A stretch of 64,000 nt of DNA from NCBI GenBank assembly GCA_040758355.1, contig JBFLWF010000013.1, forward strand, positions 1-64,000, written 5' to 3'. The DNA comes from Nitrospirota bacterium (GTDB lineage Bacteria > Nitrospirota > Thermodesulfovibrionia > Thermodesulfovibrionales > Dissulfurispiraceae). A model generated the notes under the pieces. The model was not told where the DNA came from. It searched no databases and was given only the letters and a program-made list of their open reading frames with translations. Shown here one piece after another: positions 60,579 to 64,000 of the stretch. Made by a program: the position numbers and the translations under genes. Position 1 is the stretch's first letter, and each line of letters begins with the position of its first letter.

Positions 60579-61921
60579 CAGGGCAAACAGACAGGATAGA
60601 TTTTTCCCTCGGGGCAGAGATGAGGCTTAAAGACATTCTAAGCACCACAGATGTGCTCCCTCTGTTAAAGGCAATAGTGGAGGCAGGCACAGACATGGCA
60701 GCCGTATCCGATGCAAAAGGGGAAATATTATGGGCAGAAGGCAGCGTGCCGGATAACAGGGAACTCCCTCAGTCTGTTATTAAAAGTCTATCTGACGGGA
60801 AATATGAAGATACAGGCTGGAGATTGTCGCCAATTTATCATGAGGGCGAGTTAGTCGGGTTCATCTTCATATCCGCACTGGGCCGAATAAATGAAGAAAT
60901 CCTTTCAGGCATTACAGGTATTGCCTTTGCAGGACTGAACGCAATTATAAAAAATATAGTAAAAAGGGTATTCACCACAGAACTGCACACTACTGTTGTG
61001 CAAAGGTCTTATGAAGACCTCCTCGAAATCAACAAAAACTTAGCGGCCTCGGAAAAGAAATACAAGGAACTGTCGGAAACACTTGAGCAAAGGGTACAGG
61101 AGAGGACAGAGGAATTGAAAAGGGCATACACAAGACTGCTCCAGCAGGAGAAGATGGCATCCATAGGACAGCTTGCAGCAGGCGTTGCACATGAGATCAA
61201 TAACCCGATAGGCTTCATATACAGCAATCTCAACACCTTTGGGAAATATGTTAAAAATCTTACAGAGATGCTCGAATTCTATAGAAGGCAAGAGGCTACG
61301 GATATTAGGCAAGAGACAGAGGAATTGTACAAGAAACTGAAAATCGATTTCATAACATCCGACATACAGGATTTAATTAAACAGAGCACCGATGGCGCAG
61401 AGCGTATAAAAAACATTGTAGCCAACCTGAAAGGCTTTTCGCACATAGATGAGGCTGCCGACAGGGAAATGAGCATTAATGCAGAGATGGACAATACCAT
61501 CAGTGTGCTTTCATACGAGATAAAGGCAAGGTCGGCAGAGATCGTAAAACATTATGGTAAGATTGCAGGTTTCTTCGGCAATCCCGGGCTTATATGCCAG
61601 GCATTTCTTAATATTCTGTTAAACGCCCTGCACTCAAGAGATGATAATATCATAGTAACGATCAAGACAGAACAGCATGGGGACAATGCAGTCATTTCCA
61701 TTGCTGACAATGGAATAGGGATACCACCGGAAATACAGAGCCGCATATTTGAGCCATTCTTTACTACAAAGGATGTGGGCAGGGGCACAGGCATGGGTCT
61801 GGCGGTGGCATATGATATTATTTCCCGATATGGAGGAAATATTGAAGTTAAGAGCGAGTTAGGCAAAGGATCGACCTTTGTAATAACATTACCTTTGAAA
61901 AAAGTTGGAGTGATGGAGTAA
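60575..61921 (+). CDS. Soluble histidine kinase with PocR/GAF-like N-terminal domain
   Basis: AHEINNP, GRGTGMGL; start overlaps GTPase stop. Confidence 0.9.
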   Translation: MTGQTDRIDFSLGAEMRLKDILSTTDVLPLLKAIVEAGTDMAAVSDAKGEILWAEGSVPDNRELPQSVIKSLSDGKYEDTGWRLSPIYHEGELVGFIFISALGRINEEILSGITGIAFAGLNAIIKNIVKRVFTTELHTTVVQRSYEDLLEINKNLAASEKKYKELSETLEQRVQERTEELKRAYTRLLQQEKMASIGQLAAGVAHEINNPIGFIYSNLNTFGKYVKNLTEMLEFYRRQEATDIRQETEELYKKLKIDFITSDIQDLIKQSTDGAERIKNIVANLKGFSHIDEAADREMSINAEMDNTISVLSYEIKARSAEIVKHYGKIAGFFGNPGLICQAFLNILLNALHSRDDNIIVTIKTEQHGDNAVISIADNGIGIPPEIQSRIFEPFFTTKDVGRGTGMGLAVAYDIISRYGGNIEVKSELGKGSTFVITLPLKKVGVME

Positions 61922-64000
61922 TGGCAAAATACGCTGAGCTTTTCAAGACGACAAAAAAAGACGATACGGGCGATGAGATAATAAGCTCTCCTGAGTCTGT
62001 TCAGGCAAGGTTCACCCTTCTATTTGTGGATGACGAGGAAAATGTGCTCCATGCGCTCAGGCGTATATTCCTCGATGAGAACTACGAAATCCTTACTGCC
62101 GCATCAGGGGAGGATGCGCTGAAGATTATGGAAAGCACTGTTGTTCACCTCGTGATTTCCGACCACAGAATGCCCGGAATGCTCGGCTCGGAACTCCTCA
62201 GGGAAATCAAGAACAGATGGCCCGAGACAATAAGGATCATGCTCACCGGCCACGCTGACATTCAGGCGATTATGGGCGCAGTGAATGAGGGCGCTGTCTA
62301 TAAATTCATAACAAAACCCTGGAACGACGAAGACCTGCGTCTGACCGTAAGCCTTGCCCTTCAACAGTATGTCCTGATACAGGAGAACAGGAAACTCAAG
62401 GAGCTGGCAAAGGAGCAGCAGGTAAAGATAAAAACCTACTCCAATCTCTTTGACGAATACAGGGGAATTTTAGGCAGCATACTCGTAAAATCAGGCGTCA
62501 TCACAAACGAGCAGCTTAGCAGGGCATTGAAAGAAAAAGACAAGGACGAATTCATAGGAGATGCCATAGTCCGCCTTGGATTCACGACAGAATCAAAGAT
62601 AGTTCAGGCGATTCAGAAGCACCAGAATTTAGACTATATAGACCTCAAAGAGATTCATATCAACCCAAATATTGCAAAGTTTCTCCCGCGCGACCTGTGT
62701 GAAAAGAACAGATTAATCCCCACAAAATTGGACGGCAGGAACCTAACAATAGCCATGGCAGACCCATCGGACATTATAAAAACAGACAATATCTCCATGC
62801 TCACCGGATTCAAGGTGATCCCTGTTGTCGCAAAATCTTCGGACATTGTCAAATATATAAAAAGGATTTACGGAGATGTCGAAGGAGCCGCGCCTGTCGA
62901 GGATATCTCCGAGACCCTCGATCTCGAGCCCATAGAAGAGATAGATATTGTCATAGAAGAAGATGAAACAGATATAAATATCCAGGAACTGATAAGCACA
63001 TCCGGCATCCCTCCGATTGTAAGGATCGTGAATGCCATCATCATGGAGGCGCTCCGCTATCAGGCGAGCGATATACATATCGAGCCGAAAACGAAATATA
63101 CCATTATAAGGTATAGGATCGACGGCATGCTTCACACAAAGATAAAAATACCTTTGAACCTGCATCCTGCAGTCATATCGAGGGTTAAGATACTCGCAAA
63201 GATGGACATCTCGGAGCGCAGGAAGCCTCAGGATGGAAGGATCACCATAAAGACCGGCACGAGGCTCGTGGATATGAGGGTGTCAAGCATGCCGACCATA
63301 AACGGCGAGAAAATCGTTATGAGAATATTGGACAAAGGAGCTGCTGTAAAGAAAATTGCTGAGCTCGGGATGAGCGAGGCCGACCTTCAGCGGCTGAATG
63401 TGGTAATAAAAAAGCCTCAGGGCATACTGGTATCCACTGGCCCTACCGGAAGCGGAAAAACTACGACTCTTTATTCCATCATTTACGAGATGATTCAATC
63501 CACCAAGAATTTCGAGACGATAGAAGACCCTGTAGAATATTTTTTAGAAGACGCAAATCAGGTCTATGTAAGAGAGCGCATAGGGTTGTCGTTTGCGTCC
63601 ATATTGAGGTCAACCTTGAGGCAGGATCCTGATGTGATACTGGTAGGCGAAATCCGTGATTATGAGACAGCAGATGTAGCATTTAAGGCAGCGCTTACTG
63701 GACACATGGTTTTAACAAGCCTGCACACAAACAATACGGTTGCGTCTATCACACGACTTATCGATATTGGCGTTAAACCGTATCTCATTGCATCTGCCAT
63801 CGAAGGCATAATAGCACAGAGGCTCGTAAGAAAAGTCTGTCAGTACTGTAAGACGACAACAGTCCCGGATAAGGAAATAATGAAGCTGCTCAAAATTCCA
63901 GAGGACACATTTAAAGAAGTGGTAGTCGGCAGGGGATGCAGCAAATGCAATAATACAGGCTATCTTGGCAGGACAGGCATTTTCGAGTTGTTTGTAATAA
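61921..64000 (+). CDS. REC-MshEN-like-PilB/GspE ATPase fusion (runs off window end; absent from ORF track)
   Basis: Manual translation: FVDDEENVL..SDHRMP..KPWND receiver; LGSILVKSGVITNEQLSRAL; ASDIHIEP; GPTGSGKTTT; LRQDPDVILVGEIRD; AQRLVRKVCQYC..CSKC. Confidence 0.92.
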   Translation, partial: MAKYAELFKTTKKDDTGDEIISSPESVQARFTLLFVDDEENVLHALRRIFLDENYEILTAASGEDALKIMESTVVHLVISDHRMPGMLGSELLREIKNRWPETIRIMLTGHADIQAIMGAVNEGAVYKFITKPWNDEDLRLTVSLALQQYVLIQENRKLKELAKEQQVKIKTYSNLFDEYRGILGSILVKSGVITNEQLSRALKEKDKDEFIGDAIVRLGFTTESKIVQAIQKHQNLDYIDLKEIHINPNIAKFLPRDLCEKNRLIPTKLDGRNLTIAMADPSDIIKTDNISMLTGFKVIPVVAKSSDIVKYIKRIYGDVEGAAPVEDISETLDLEPIEEIDIVIEEDETDINIQELISTSGIPPIVRIVNAIIMEALRYQASDIHIEPKTKYTIIRYRIDGMLHTKIKIPLNLHPAVISRVKILAKMDISERRKPQDGRITIKTGTRLVDMRVSSMPTINGEKIVMRILDKGAAVKKIAELGMSEADLQRLNVVIKKPQGILVSTGPTGSGKTTTLYSIIYEMIQSTKNFETIEDPVEYFLEDANQVYVRERIGLSFASILRSTLRQDPDVILVGEIRDYETADVAFKAALTGHMVLTSLHTNNTVASITRLIDIGVKPYLIASAIEGIIAQRLVRKVCQYCKTTTVPDKEIMKLLKIPEDTFKEVVVGRGCSKCNNTGYLGRTGIFELFVI

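Overview
64 kb of chromosomal DNA from an anaerobic-type bacterium. Gene content and order (c7 triheme cytochromes, sigma54 activator, trmFO-xerC-hslVU...argB, Sec-type SelD) suggest Nitrospirota or a deltaproteobacteria-like lineage; this is inference only. Left to right: (1) 1-2.8 kb is a decayed defence/TA hotspot with the end of an IS3-family element truncating a low-GC ORF, PIN and HicAB TA pairs and several gene remnants. (2) ABC and nucleoside transporters, a sigma54 activator with a divergent -24/-12 promoter, an Smr gene and an unannotated 29-aa Cys/Lys-rich microprotein. (3) A pyruvate/acetyl-CoA cluster (pdhA, pdhB, E2, ADP-forming ligase alpha subunit, frameshifted CoA-transferase-GNAT) with no E3. 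(4) Housekeeping genes (lspA, ileS, nfo, argB, rlpA, hslUV, xerC, trmFO, ilvE, gatAB, rluD, rpsU-dnaG-rpoD, 2 tRNAs) interspersed with TA cassettes, three copies of a MITE-like repeat, small palindromic insertions and 7/8-mer tandem repeats. (5) selD with an in-frame UGA and a SECIS-like hairpin. (6) From 52.6 kb to the window end, a co-oriented signalling cluster of 3 soluble histidine kinases, 2 REC-HD-GYP proteins, 2 further REC proteins, an MglA-like GTPase without adjacent MglB, and a receiver-MshEN-like-PilB/GspE ATPase fusion. This last cluster is the best candidate for an undescribed system.
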